Below, in pieces: positions 25,021 to 37,893 of a DNA stretch of 64,000 nucleotides. Origin of the DNA: Epiperipatus broadwayi (lineage: Eukaryota; Animalia; Onychophora); assembly GCA_028023455.1 (NCBI GenBank), contig JAQFVV010000004.1, positions 6,820,001-6,884,000 on the forward strand. The letters run 5' to 3'. The position numbers and the translations under genes were made by a program. A model generated the notes under the pieces. It saw only the letters and a program-made list of their open reading frames with translations, was not told the DNA's origin and did no database searches. Position 1 is the first letter of the stretch; each line of letters begins with the position of its first letter.

Positions 25021-27350
25021 TTGCCATCAACATTTACATCAGATAATTCAGAATTGCCTATGTTTGAAACTTCTTCTAAAAAAGAGAGAGAAGAAGAACA
25101 AGTTGAGAATCAAGAGGTTGAAATTGCTACTGAAAAAAGGGATTGCAAAAATGCAGAAGGTAGAGATAATCCAGAAAGATGCTTCGATATAGACATCGAA
25201 GTAATAAATGATATAGCTTTATGGCCAACAATATTAACAGATGCTATTATTGATCATATTCTTAATAACAAACCAAAAAATATCAGAAATATAGAGAATT
25301 TAAAATCAGTGTACAAAGACAGAGACAAAGTGTATTACAGAGGACTTTCTTATGATCATTTCTATAGAAAGAAATCAAATGGAATTATGGAAAAGAGAAA
25401 ATGGCTGATATTTTCAGAAAGAAGCAAAAGTATTTACTGCTATTTTTGCAAACTCTTTTCAACAATAAAGTTTAAATTAATAATTGGTTTACAAAATTGG
25501 AAATCAATAACTGTTATTTTATTGGACTATGAAGTTTCAAAAGAACACATGTCAGCCATGTGTACTATGTATAAAAGATTAACAAAATTCAATATAATTG
25601 ATACTCAACTATTACAGGAAAAGAAGAATGTTACTGGAGAAAAGTGTTGAAAAGAATTGTATCAACAATAAAATTGTTGAGTCACTTAGGATTAGTATTT
25701 AGGGGTCACGATGAGGGCAAAAATTCCAATAGAAAAGGAAATTATTTAACCTGTTTGGAATATCTAAGCAAATACAATGAGTTTTTAAAGTTACATCTAC
25801 AAAAATATGCCAACCAAGGGTGAGGAAATGTAAACTATTTATCTCATATTATTTGTGATGAATTTGTAGGTCTTACTAAAAATCAAGTAAGAGTGGAAAT
25901 AATTGAAGAAATCAAATCTGTGACTTATTATAGTATAATTGTTGATTCCATTCCCAATGTTTCGCATATCGATCAAGTAACTTTTGTGATAAGATATGTT
26001 TCATCCTATGGTAATATAATGGAAAGATTTGTGGAATTCATTCCCATAGACAAACACATGTCTCCATATTAGGAGTAAATATTAAAAACTGTCAGGACAA
26101 TCATTTGATAATGCTTCTAATACAGGAAGGTACTCAGGTTTGCAAACACATATTAAAGAACATAACCCAAGTGCAGTTTTTATTCTGTGTGCTAATCATT
26201 CCTTAAATTTAATTGGAAATTTCACTGCAGAAAGTTGTAGTGCTGCAATTGAGTATTTTATGTTTGTGCAGAATTTATTCACATTTTTTTTCTGCATCAA
26301 TCCATTGTTGGAAAATTTTGACCAGAAATCTAGAAATGTGTAAACACTCTGTCACAATCAAAAGAGTTTCTAATACAAGATAGTCGCCAAGAGCAGATAT
26401 TATATTAGCTATAATACTTGTTTCCATCCATGTAAAAGAGGCTTTAACTGAATTTGTAATTTAGAAAGAAGAAAAAAAGTTACCATAGTGGAGGTGACTT
26501 CCCTTCTGAAGAAAATGGACAAATATGAAACCAGCCCTAATGACAGTGATTTGGAATACTATTTTACAAAGAATAAATGCTACTAGTAAATCACTGCAAT
26601 CAGTGAAGTGTGAAACTATTGAAAGGATCTATCCTACTGAAGTCATTAGAAAATTTTATCAATAATTTCAGAGAAGAATTTGAAAAAGTTGAAAAAGAGG
26701 CAACTGATTTATCAGGGCTATCATTTAATATGGAAGATGGACAAACTCACAGACAACAAAAGAGAAAAATGTTTTTTGATGAAACAAAAAAGTCGGACAT
26801 GAATTTACGATAAGAGAAAAGTTCATAGTCAATTCATTTTATGTCATTTGTGATAACACCAAGGCAGAACTATCCTGAGGAACTCAGACTTATAAAATTG
26901 TTGTAGAACCTTTTCGAATATTTTTTGATTGGAATTTATCAATAGAAGAAAAAAAGAACACGATAAAAACGTTTAAGGATATTTACAAAATGACATTGAT
27001 GTTTGTAATTTTGAAGATGAATTTGATCATTTCTTAATATTTCTAAAAGAAAATGAGGACACCATAAAAAACACACTAGACATCTATTGAGCCACCAAAG
27101 AAATGTCTTGCACATTTCCGAATGTTGAAATATTATTGAATTTTTTTTTTTAACAATTCCCTTATCTAATGCATCAGGAGAAAGATCGTTTTCTGTTTTA
27201 AAGCGTGTAAAAAATTATTTAAGAAGTACTATGGGAGAAGAAAGGTTAAATAATATGACCATTCTGTATATAGAGCAGAAAATTTTAAGCCGAATTAACA
27301 CTGCAAAAATAATTGATGAATTGCAAGAAATAAAGCAAGATGGAAATTCA
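25021..27350 (+). pseudogene. hAT transposase pseudogene (ZMYM1-like type: TTF zinc finger, DUF4371-like region, dimerisation domain)
   Basis: WLIFSERSKSIYCYFCKLF; FRGHDEG..KGNYL; YSIIVDS; SFDNAS; CANHSLNL; NASGERSFSVLKRVKNYLRSTMGEERL. Multiple stops and frameshifts. Confidence 0.9.
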
Positions 27351-28216
27351 TATAAAAATGTTTTTTAATAAATTCATTTAATGTGTTATGGTATAAAATT
27401 TTTGATTACTTTTCTTTTTTGTTAATAACTTAATGAGAGTTTTCTTGAATTTTTTTTTTTTTTAACTTGAGTTTGAGGGCCCCCGGAAATTTTTACCGCT
27501 TAGGGTCTCCACTTGGCTTGATTCGCTTCTGTTTGAATGTGATGTCAAATCTTGATAAGTTTAATAATGATGATTTGATTGGTAACAATATTAAACTTTG
27601 TTTGGGATAATTAATTAATATATTATTTCCAGTTTAGCTTTGAGCACAATTTGGATTAACTTCAGGTTTGTGCATATATATATAACGACAAATTTATGAC
27701 TCATAATTTCTCTGCCTTAGCAACCATTGTTCATGAATTTGTAATTTAATTTTGACTAATGATTTAGTTTATTATATTGACGAGTTGAGTTTTTTGCATC
27801 TGATATTTTAAATATAACCATGTATTTACATAACATTCACCTGATAATATGTACTGAAAAAAAGTTAAAATGATTGCAATCCTACGTTATCATATTAAAA
27901 TATACAAATAATATTATACTTAACCAACTGACATTTTTTTCAAAAAAGTGTACAATAAAATAGTATCAATAATAGGTGAATTAATGCAATAATATAAAGA
28001 ATATATATATTGAAAAAAGACTGATAAAATATCTAAAAATAATTGGGGCATCTTTTAAACACTTAAGTAAAAAGTAGTTATAAATAATCTTCCCTCCACC
28101 ACCCTTTTTATTGTATAGGATGTTCATAGTACTATTGCATAAAGATTTAACATTAGAAACATTTTTAAAAGATATTATCAAAAGTAAATAGAATGTTATT
28201 AAACAATCTTATAGAT

Positions 28217-28691
28217 CAGGAGTGACCAACTTTTGTGTTCATAAGATCTACTTATTTTAAAAATGTTTTGCGATCGACTTGTTGTCTTAGGCGATCGACT
28301 TATCTTAGGCATTTGGAGGGAGGTGTGAAATACATACCCTTTTTATATAGCTAACTAGTAAAAAGGTAATTATTTAACGGGCCAAAAAACTCATGTCGGG
28401 GGAATTAAAGCAACATGAGTAATTATTAACAATATTTATTAATTCAAATTAGCTACATTAAATCAAGATTAAAAATATTATTTTCAATAATAATACGACT
28501 TAGTGGACTTTAACTATCTAGAATTGAAAAAAAATTTAGATCAAAAATAAAAATAACAAAAAAACTTGAAAATCTTGACTTAATTTGTTTCACCCGTTAA
28601 CCGACAGCTCTTGCCAGATTGGCCTCGCGATCGACCAAAAATGGCTTTGCGATCGACCGGTGGATCACGATCAACTTGTTGGATACGCCTG
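28217..28691. mobile_element. hAT (Charlie-like) MITE, 475 bp
   Basis: TIRs caggagtgaccaac / gttggatacgcctg; TSD ttatagat / ctatagat (7 of 8); subterminal gcgatcgac repeats. Confidence 0.85.
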
Positions 28692-29749
28692 CTATAGATC
28701 ATAACAAAAAAGTTTCTCTTTAAAGCTAATTGTAAATAAAGACATATTATGTCATTTCAGTAAGATTTCAGTATCTTTTACAATCAACACTTTTATTTAA
28801 TATTCAGTTAGAGGATCTAAATATATATTTAAGCTATAAAAATTAACTGAATTAATAAAATAAAGTACTGCATAGTATTTGAGTAGAAACTATAAGTTTG
28901 ATCTAAAGCTCTTCAATCTTGACAAAGAAGTGTTACTAAAGAGTAAGCTTACACATTGCGTAATAATTGATTTAAGAACTCTCTCTCAAGATTTAAAGTG
29001 AAAATAAAATCAACTCTGCATGGGTTAAAAAAAGACACATTGATTCAAATGGAAAAATGCACCCAAAAATAGCTTTTTAAATTTTTTTTAGTTTTTTTTT
29101 TTTTAGATAAAAATTCATAATGAAAAAGGAAAAATATAATAATATCCGTTAATAGATTCTTAATTCACCGAATTAAAAAAAAAGATTTCACAACTAATAT
29201 AGATGCTCTCAAGCAGTACAATAATGATACAAATATTTAAAAAAATCATAAACAATCACAAATAATTAATAATTCACTTTGTTAAATGTAGGTAGACTAC
29301 AGTATTGATGATAAAGATAATACTGTTTACATGAAACAGACATAAAAATGTAAGAATAAAAATATAAGAAATTACTTCTTTAATAATTTATTACAGAAAA
29401 TCACATCGTAATAAATGTATACGACTAAATATTGTTTAATTCTATATTAAAATCACTCTTTCTATATATATGCATATCATTATATATATACACAGACAGA
29501 ATAAATTTAACATGTTTCTAGGACAAAGTATGGAAATAATAATAATGTGAACTAGTGATATTCTTTCTCTCATTTAGATTTATATATATTCCAATAATTT
29601 GAAGACAACCAGAATCATATATATATGTAATTTCAGCAATAAATAAGATACAAGTTTTTATAATATTTAAATAATTTGAATGGCAATCTTTTAATATAAA
29701 TTTAAATATATATATATTGTAGTGGATAAGAAAATGATGCCAATTATCA

Positions 29750-30300
29750 TTATGTTCTGAGCATATACTCAGTATGTGCCATATTGGCAGCAATTACGAT
29801 ACCAGAGGAAAAACAATGACTAGCCACTGCTGGTTTACCATTAAGAAAAATAGTGATAAGTTATGTTTTAGACTTTAGGGCATAAAGATGCTGACATTTT
29901 CCTGCTTAAGCATCATACAAGTTAATTTATCTGGTATTGCCAGAACCACCATCATCATTGATTTGTATAGTTTATTCAAACTATGATCTCAATCAAGTAA
30001 TATTGATAAAATGATCATATTCACCTAGCAATAATCACTTTTACTACTGATCATAAAAATATTGGCTACTGCGAGATAGCTTTCTTTGCTTTGAAGGTAG
30101 AAGTGATTCTCTACTGTCTAATACTATTTTCAGTTGACGAATTAATGTGCCTATTCTTATTGCTCCTTAAATATTTGTTCTTTTCTACTAAATTACCCAT
30201 AGTCCAACATAATTTAAAGCATTTGAAACTTTTATGTGCATCAGGTGATTCTCAATAACATGTACAAATACCAAATATGCTATGCAACCAGGTTTAAAAT
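29750..30300 (-). mobile_element. Very old LINE RT relic
   Basis: Minus-strand fragments GAIRIGTLI.. and ITIFLNGKP resembling RTE-like RT C-terminal motifs; highly decayed. Confidence 0.3.
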
Positions 30301-30674
30301 GTAATGAAAGATAGATATTATTACTACTATTAAATTTTAAAACAATACGTCAATAAACTACTATTAACCATAATGTTCTTAATGATTCATGTCATTCACC
30401 ATAGATTTAAGGCTTTAACAGTTTTGACCAAAATATTGCTGCTTGTTTTGCTGTTGAAGAGCATAAGCTGCTTCTCCCTCTTTATTATTTCTCTAACAGA
30501 AAAGATGATTCATTTTTTGATACATTCAACCCATTTCTGAATAGAATTCTTCTCTTTTTTTTTTTATTAAATCAAACAATTTTCATTTTCTCCTGTACAG
30601 AATAAAACGTTTTATGAAGAAGAAAAAACATTAGGAAAACTATTAATACATGTACTTTTAATAATGCTATTGAA

Positions 30675-31165
30675 TAACTGAAACACACAGGCTTATTATA
30701 TATCTGTGTTTTTATATGTAACATATAGGGTATAAGAGCACAGACCTTCAAATGACCCACCACTCTCCACACTATCTCATAACACTGATACACTTGAACA
30801 CATATATGTCGAAAAGATTGACCTTAGGTCAACATGGGTGTGACAAGAATCTCAGCCTCGGGGTGGCCTTTGAGCATTCCATCATCAGATTTTCAATTGG
30901 ATGGACAGTTGAAGAGTTGGAGTGTGGAGTAGATTGAAGCCTGTCCATTAAAGTATGAGGATTGGCTATCTTAATATATGTCTGACCACTTATAGCATAT
31001 ATGTGTAGAGATGGTAATCTGGACCAACTAATTGCTGGTTTAGCATGAAATATGTATATTGGTGATTATTTATTTTTTAGACATATATGTGTTCAAGTGT
31101 ATCAGCGTTATGAGATAGTGTGGAGAGTGGTGGGTCATGTGAAGGTCTGTGCTCATATACCCTAT
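30675..31165 (+). mobile_element. Family B hammerhead retroelement
   Basis: 14-bp TSD ataatgctattgaa (30661-30674, 31166-31179); antisense tailed arm 30675-30818, sense arm 30815-31165; hammerhead at 31023-31063 has lost most of the CTGATGA core. Confidence 0.92.
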
Positions 31166-32237
31166 ATAATGCTATTGAAATGAAGAGACTAAAAATCACA
31201 AGGAAAACAAGATCATGTAAATTCACATTAGAGAATAATATTTAGCAAAGAAAAAAATGGTTGTCACTGTAACAAGATTCACAAAATTTAATAAGTTCAC
31301 AAATTTCATTGTTCTTATTATTCATTTGTTTACATTCTTTTTTTGTTTATTTACAGTTGTTTTAGAATACTGTATAATTAAAGTCACATAGTTAGATATC
31401 ACATAGTTTGTGGCTTCACTATATAATTTAAATTGAGTTCTTACTATTATTTTGCTGCTTAATATTGTTTTGTACTACTTTTAATAAAACAACTTATTTT
31501 ATCATTTAGTTTCACCATTTCTTTTCATCATTCACAGTACAATTTTGAGAATTAAAGCTTTGACAATATTCAAAACTAATTTTTCTCTTTGCAAGATCAA
31601 TTCTTCATGTTTGGAAGATCTTACCAAGTAGTGATTTTCCTCATAGAAAAAATCTATTGGATGTTTAATACAGAGTGTGGACAGATTATATGACATTCTT
31701 AAGACTATATATCCAATACTCCACTAAGGATTAAATTTTCCAATAGTTGATGGAGCCCCAATTAAGATTTGCACTTAGTATAAATCTTTATAAGATATTG
31801 TCATAATGGCATTTGAAAATGGTAATATGATTTTCAATGCTGGCTTAGCTTTGTTCTACCAATTAACTTGATATCAATCTTTTTTTTTTGTAGTCATTCC
31901 TAATATTACTCTGTACAGTTATATAATTGATGGTTCTCTGTCTTGAGTCTATATTAAAAATTTACAATTCAATACAATTAATTAGGAACTTCAACTGATC
32001 TTGAAGCTATTTTTGAGATCTTTATGCACCCACAGTCCAATCACACAATAATATATATTAGCCTGAAATTGAAAGCAATATAGAGCTGTTCACAAATGAT
32101 GTTTCTTTCACTTTCAGTCAACTTTTTCTCCTTTTCATTTTTTAAAATGACATTTTTTAAAATCTGGGCATGCAATATATATATATCAAATTATATTTTT
32201 CTTTTCTAATTTTAAATTTACAATATTGATCTTTTGA

Positions 32238-32516
32238 AATATGAATTTACAGGCTTTTTCATACATGCCCTTATATATGCAATATATAGAGGATTTGAAC
32301 TCAGACTTTCATATGACCCTCAACCATCCATGCTATCTCATACCACTGATACACTTGATCACACACATGTCAAAAAGATAAATAATCAACATTATACATA
32401 TTTCATTCTAAACCAACACTCATCAGTTGGTTCAGATTATCATCTCCACACATATATACAATCAAAGCTCAGCTCATTTTAAGATAGCCAATCTTCATAC
32501 TTTAATGGACAGGCTT
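32238..32516 (-). mobile_element. Family B single-arm older copy with a degenerate hammerhead
   Basis: Minus strand ccaa-CTGATGA-gtgttggtttagaat-GAAA-tatgta-ta at ~32388-32431; B box GTTCAAATCC at 32291-32300. Confidence 0.85.
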
Positions 32517-33636
32517 ATAAGATTAAAGCTTAAATTCTAAAGTTATCAGTTTTAAAATAAATCAGTCACTAAAAAAAATTGTTTTATTGTCCAATTTTTA
32601 CATATGCATCAGATTTAATATTTTTTTGTATAATAAACTGGCTACGACTCAGAAGTTGGTTGTTAACTTTGTGTTATAATCCAGAATGTGAAAGATGGTA
32701 TTATACAATGAAAACTGCAATACTAAAATGTGTATGATATTTAAACATGTATATGCATCTATGAGAAATTATTCATATGTATCAAGTTATAAAAAAGTGT
32801 AAGACTACTAAACTAGCTAATTCATAAATTTGTGAGCTGCATAAACAGGCTTGAAGGTTTAGATTAAATTCTGCATCAGCAAAAAAGCTGAATGGAAATA
32901 TCTAAATATTGTAAAGCACAACTGGAGAGTTCAATATTTACTGTGAAATAAAGCAGGTAAAAAAAGTCACCTTAGATTTAAATTGGAGAGCATTCAGTAA
33001 ATGGGAAAAAATCTGTTTACATTTTCTCAAAAACAATTTCGAATTAATTAATTTCCACTTAATAGTTTCAAATCTATAGAAATTTTAATTTTTCCATGCA
33101 AAAATGCCGGTAAATGTTAAGTGCTAAAAAATAGATAAAAATTAATCACTACGTTATTAAAACTGCAGCAATCAACTATGTATTCTTGATCTAATTTTTA
33201 TTTAATGCATTTAGACAAAAATAAATGGCAGATTGTTGATTTTTCTTTTTAAAAAAAATAAAGTTTCATTGATTGAATAAGATAGCACATAAAGTATACC
33301 AAATATAAATTTTAAAAAGTATATTATGTTGATTGAATTTTATTCTATGTGCTTCATTTTAATTTATCTAATTATGAATCAATGGAATATCAACATTAAC
33401 TGATACAGTGAATTCAACAATGGCAAGGTACATTATAAACTTGTTTTTTTTTTTTTTTTAAATCACAGTAATTAAAATTTATTATACACTATATTTACAC
33501 AGAGATTAATATTTTTCTTATTAATAATATGCTTACTAAAATGTTTATTCATTAATTAGCTTTTTTTTCTTTCTAATTTTAAATTTTGTTGTTATTTGCC
33601 ATAAAAATACTATAATTGATTGTTAAAGCAATAGCA

Positions 33637-33755
33637 AATTCTCCATTCAGTAGTGCCAACCAGTGCAAACCTTAATAATCAATGCATGTAAAAGGGCTCC
33701 TTGCATCCATTGATTACTAAGACTTGCTCTGGGTGGCCCTACTGTATGGAGAGTT
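33637..33755. mobile_element. Family A diverged hairpin abutting a LINE fragment
   Basis: Inverted arms aattctccattcagtagtgcc..aatcaatg / cattgatt..ctactgtatggagagtt. Confidence 0.75.
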
Positions 33756-35520
33756 GGGAGAAATGCAAGGGGGTTTTCGATTGCATAGTCATATAAGAGA
33801 TAGTTTATTTGTAGTTATACAATTTATAAATATGAGTAGAAATACAGGTAGACAGATATATATGGTTTTAATAGATATAGAAAAGGCATATAATAGAGTA
33901 AATAGAAATAGATTATCAGTAGGTTTAATAAATTTGGGAATGGATTGAGCTTTAGTGAATTGTATTAAGAGATTGTATGCAAATAATTACTATACATATC
34001 AATTAGGAAATATAGAATCAAAAGTTGAAAATGGGATGGGACTAAGACAAGGATGCCCTATGTCACCTATTTTGTTTTTGTTGTATTGGAGAGAAATGAA
34101 AAGGGCAATAGAAAGACTATGAAGGAGGGTTAGAGATACCACTAAGAGGTGGCAAGAGAGTATATACATTAAGGGGTCTTTTATTTGTGGATCATGTCTT
34201 CTTGTGCACAGAATGTATAGAAGATACAAAAATTATGCTGAAGACATGTGCAAAGTTGAGTAAAGAGATGGGGATTAAATTTAGTGAAGAAAGATCAAAA
34301 GTAATGATGATAAACACTAGGGAAAGAGAAGAGAATTTGTATTGGAAGATATAAAGTTAATTGTGGTGAATAGGTATAACTAACTATTTGGAAATTATCT
34401 TAAGTAATCAGAGAAATTGCTTAAGATGAATGAGAGAAAAAAATTGATAAATGAAACAAAGAAAAAAAAGGGACTGATAAAGAAATTAACATTGTCTTCA
34501 TATAATAAATATGACGTAGCTAAAATTGTATGGAAGGGAGTGGCAGTATCAGGTTTAACATATGATAACAATCTGCTATGTGTTAGTAGAGGGGTGTTAG
34601 ATTATTTGGAAAAAGTACAAAAAAAAACTAGGAATACATGCATTAGATGCAGATGTGTAAACAGCCAAAGGGCACAAATCAAGGAAAAATGGGATGGTCA
34701 AGTTTTTATATGAGAGATGCAAAAAGCAAAATGAAAATGTTTAGTAGATTGTAATTTATCAATGATAAGAGAATAGCCAAAATAGTATTTAATTGGGTTA
34801 TAATTAAAGGACAGGCAACAAAATGGGTAAGAAAGATAGTATAGTATGCAGAAGATTTGGATAAAGAGTTTATATCAATATACTTATACAAAAGGTGGGA
34901 TGATTATGTTAAAAGAGAGTTGAGTGTTATAGTTGCAAGGAATGGGATAGAAGAATAGGTGCATTAATAAAAAATAGGATGTTGGAGAGATGGAGAACTA
35001 GTATGGAGAGTAAAAAGTTTAAATATATATAGAAGTAAACAGAATATTGGGTGTAAATTTATTTGGATAATAGCAAGGAAAGTAATATACTATTTAAGGC
35101 TTGAACAAGATTTTTAAAGCAAAGGAATATACATATAAAAGAAAAAATGTGGATGATTTAGCCTGCAAGTTATGTAAGAAAGGCATAGAAAATATTAGGC
35201 ATCTGTTAATTGAATGTAAATGCCTGCAAGCAGAAAAGTTACAAATAATGAAGTTGTGGAATAAATATAAATAAACAGAAAGTGGATTCTTGGTTTTTAT
35301 GTTGGGTTTGGGAAAAGATAAGGTGGATTTAGATATACAGGTCATAGAATTGATAAAGATTATGTTGTGCAAATGGGATGGAATAGGATAGAGAAGAATA
35401 TGGGAAAAACTTAGGGTAGAGATTGGAAAGGGAAAGCAGCTATCAGGTTTGTCGGGCAGAGTGGTTGAGAGATTCCTGACTCTGAAAAAGAAGCGACAGT
35501 GCAACATATCACAGCACATA
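33756..35520 (+). mobile_element. Decayed LINE (RT plus C-terminal CCHC knuckle), distinct from the RTE copies
   Basis: MQGGFR..LIDIEKAYNRVNR; GLRQGCPMSPILF; VAKIVWKGVAVSGLTY; ACKLCKKGIENIRHLLIEC (~35160-35220). Confidence 0.85.
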
Positions 35521-37705
35521 CTATTTAACAGCTTGCGTAAGTGAAGAAAATGATAATTGCTTGATGTTTAGTGGTTTTATATAATTGATTGCTTTGATTT
35601 ATGAGATATTTAGGAATCAAATGAGTTCAATATCTGAAATAAAGCTGTATATGTTTTTATAATTAATCATAAAAAGTATGTGCAATTAGTTATAATTAAA
35701 TGAAATTTATTCTATTATATTATTTCATTAATTTTTAGTGATTAGAACATTTTATTTATTTTAATTCTAGTTAACTTAACTATATTGTAATTGAAATTTT
35801 ACACTGTTCAAATGCTTTTCAAATTTGCCACCAGTTATTTCATTCATATATACATAGACTGAAGCTGTATTGCTAGAATATGAGCTAATTGAAATAGTAA
35901 TAATAAAATTAAAATATTTGTAATAATAATACAATATTATATTAAATTTATTTATATTTCCATTATAATTTTCATTTATGTTTAAAATGCTTGTTGAAAT
36001 AAATGCAAATTTATATTTTGATGGGTGTGTTGTTTATAAATACATAAAAATAAAAACAATGTTTTTTTTTCTTCTATTTTAATAGATAGCAGAACTGAAA
36101 AGAATAGAAAGAATTTATTGCTGTTAAAGATTGGATAACCTGGGATCATATATTATTTTTTGGTTATATATATTTTTAATTATTATAAAGTGACAAAGTT
36201 GAAATATTTTGACAACATCATCTGTTTTTAATCAGAGAAAAAATGTTTATCCAGTTTTCTTTCATTTCATGCCAAAAAGAAAATAACTATATAGTGATAT
36301 AAGAATTTAAAGAATTCTTATGTGTCCAATAGGTAAAAAATTTACTCATGATAATGTAAAGTGCTTAGATTAATTAATTTATGAATAAATTCTTTTTTTT
36401 TTTTCTAAATATATAAGTTCTATTGCTTATTTCATTTGTTCCCTTAAAATCTTGATTTAAAATACAAATTTAGTCAATCTATAACTCACTATAAATAAAA
36501 TTGACTATCATATTACCTGGCAATCTTCAACTTCAATATATTTAAGGATTATTTATTATCTATCAGAAACAAATTTTTATTGAATAAATAGGAACAATTA
36601 TTCCTAAATCTAAAGCTTGAATTTTTATAGAAGAAACAATTTATTTTTAAAACACCCTGAAAGTCCTAAAAAAAAACCTAATTTACACTTATCATTTGGA
36701 TATACTTATAAAATAAATATGTAAACTATAAAAAGATAGATACAAAAACAAACATTGTGTAAGACAGTAACTATCCACCATCTAGAGCATTTAAATTCCT
36801 TACCTAATTGTTCACAGATATATTGATGGCAATCCAGCAAGGTGTTTTATTTGCATCAATGTGTAACATGAATAATAATTATCTTAGTAATATTTGTATG
36901 ATTTTCATCAATTTCTAACATTTAATGGTTAATTATTTTAGCTTCAGCTGTTGTTTTAAGATAACATCTATAATCAATAGAAAATACATTTTACATTTGC
37001 ACAATGCAAAGCTGACTTTAATGGTTTATTATAAATTACATCGATGCTGTCAGAAAAATAACTATTTTTTCTTTTTTTATGCTACATCATTAAATATATA
37101 TTTTATAAAAAGTATGTGATCTTTATATAAATTATTCTTTAAGCATATATTTTATTATTATAAGCATTATTGAGCATTTGTGTAATGCTAAATATCAAAT
37201 CTGGGGGTGAGGTGATAACTTTATACTGTTTTTATTTATTTATAAAGCTAATTTGTTCACTTCTACTAGTTTTGTTATTTGTACATGTTTTTAATATTAA
37301 TATAAATAATAAAATACAATTCTTTTATATACTTTATATAATGCAACACTAAATAATGCAATTACTGTTCTACAAATTTTCAGAGTTCTTTCTAATATTT
37401 AAAACAAATGTACTAAAAATAAAATTTGATTAAAAAAAATGTGAAACACAAGTGAAGGCCACTTCTATGAAAAAATTTATGTAAGGAGGGCACTAGTGTA
37501 TTTAAGACAAAATGTAAGGCATTAAAGATAAAAATATATAAATGAGATAATAAACATTTATACTGTATATATAAATTATAATAATAGTTCTGGAAATATA
37601 CATATACTGCAATTTTTTTTTAAAATATAGGTTGAAATATTATTTATTAGTTATATATATGTTTTAATATGCTTATTATAATGTATTCCATATTTAAAGT
37701 AATTA

Positions 37706-37893
37706 ATTGAAATCTTAAACTGGATTCCAAGAGATTGTAAAAGACCCAAAAAGAGACCACATGTTAGATGGATGGATAAAATAAGAAAGTGTGCAGGGGT
37801 AATGTGGAGAAGAGAAGCTAAAGATCGGAGAAGATGGATTAAACTTGGAGAGACCTTCATCCTGCAGTGGATTGATAATGGTTGATGATGATG
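37706..37893 (+). mobile_element. RTE LINE 3' end fragment
   Basis: ILNWIPRDCKRPKKRPHVRW..; same sequence as 1560-1743; (GAT)n tail. Confidence 0.9.

Larger units (their letters stand above)
23691..27531 (+). mobile_element. hAT DNA transposon, full-length ends, decayed
   Basis: Imperfect TIRs tagaggcggattaagc / gcttgattcgcttctg; perfect 8-bp TSD tttgaatg (23683-23690, 27532-27539). Confidence 0.92.
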
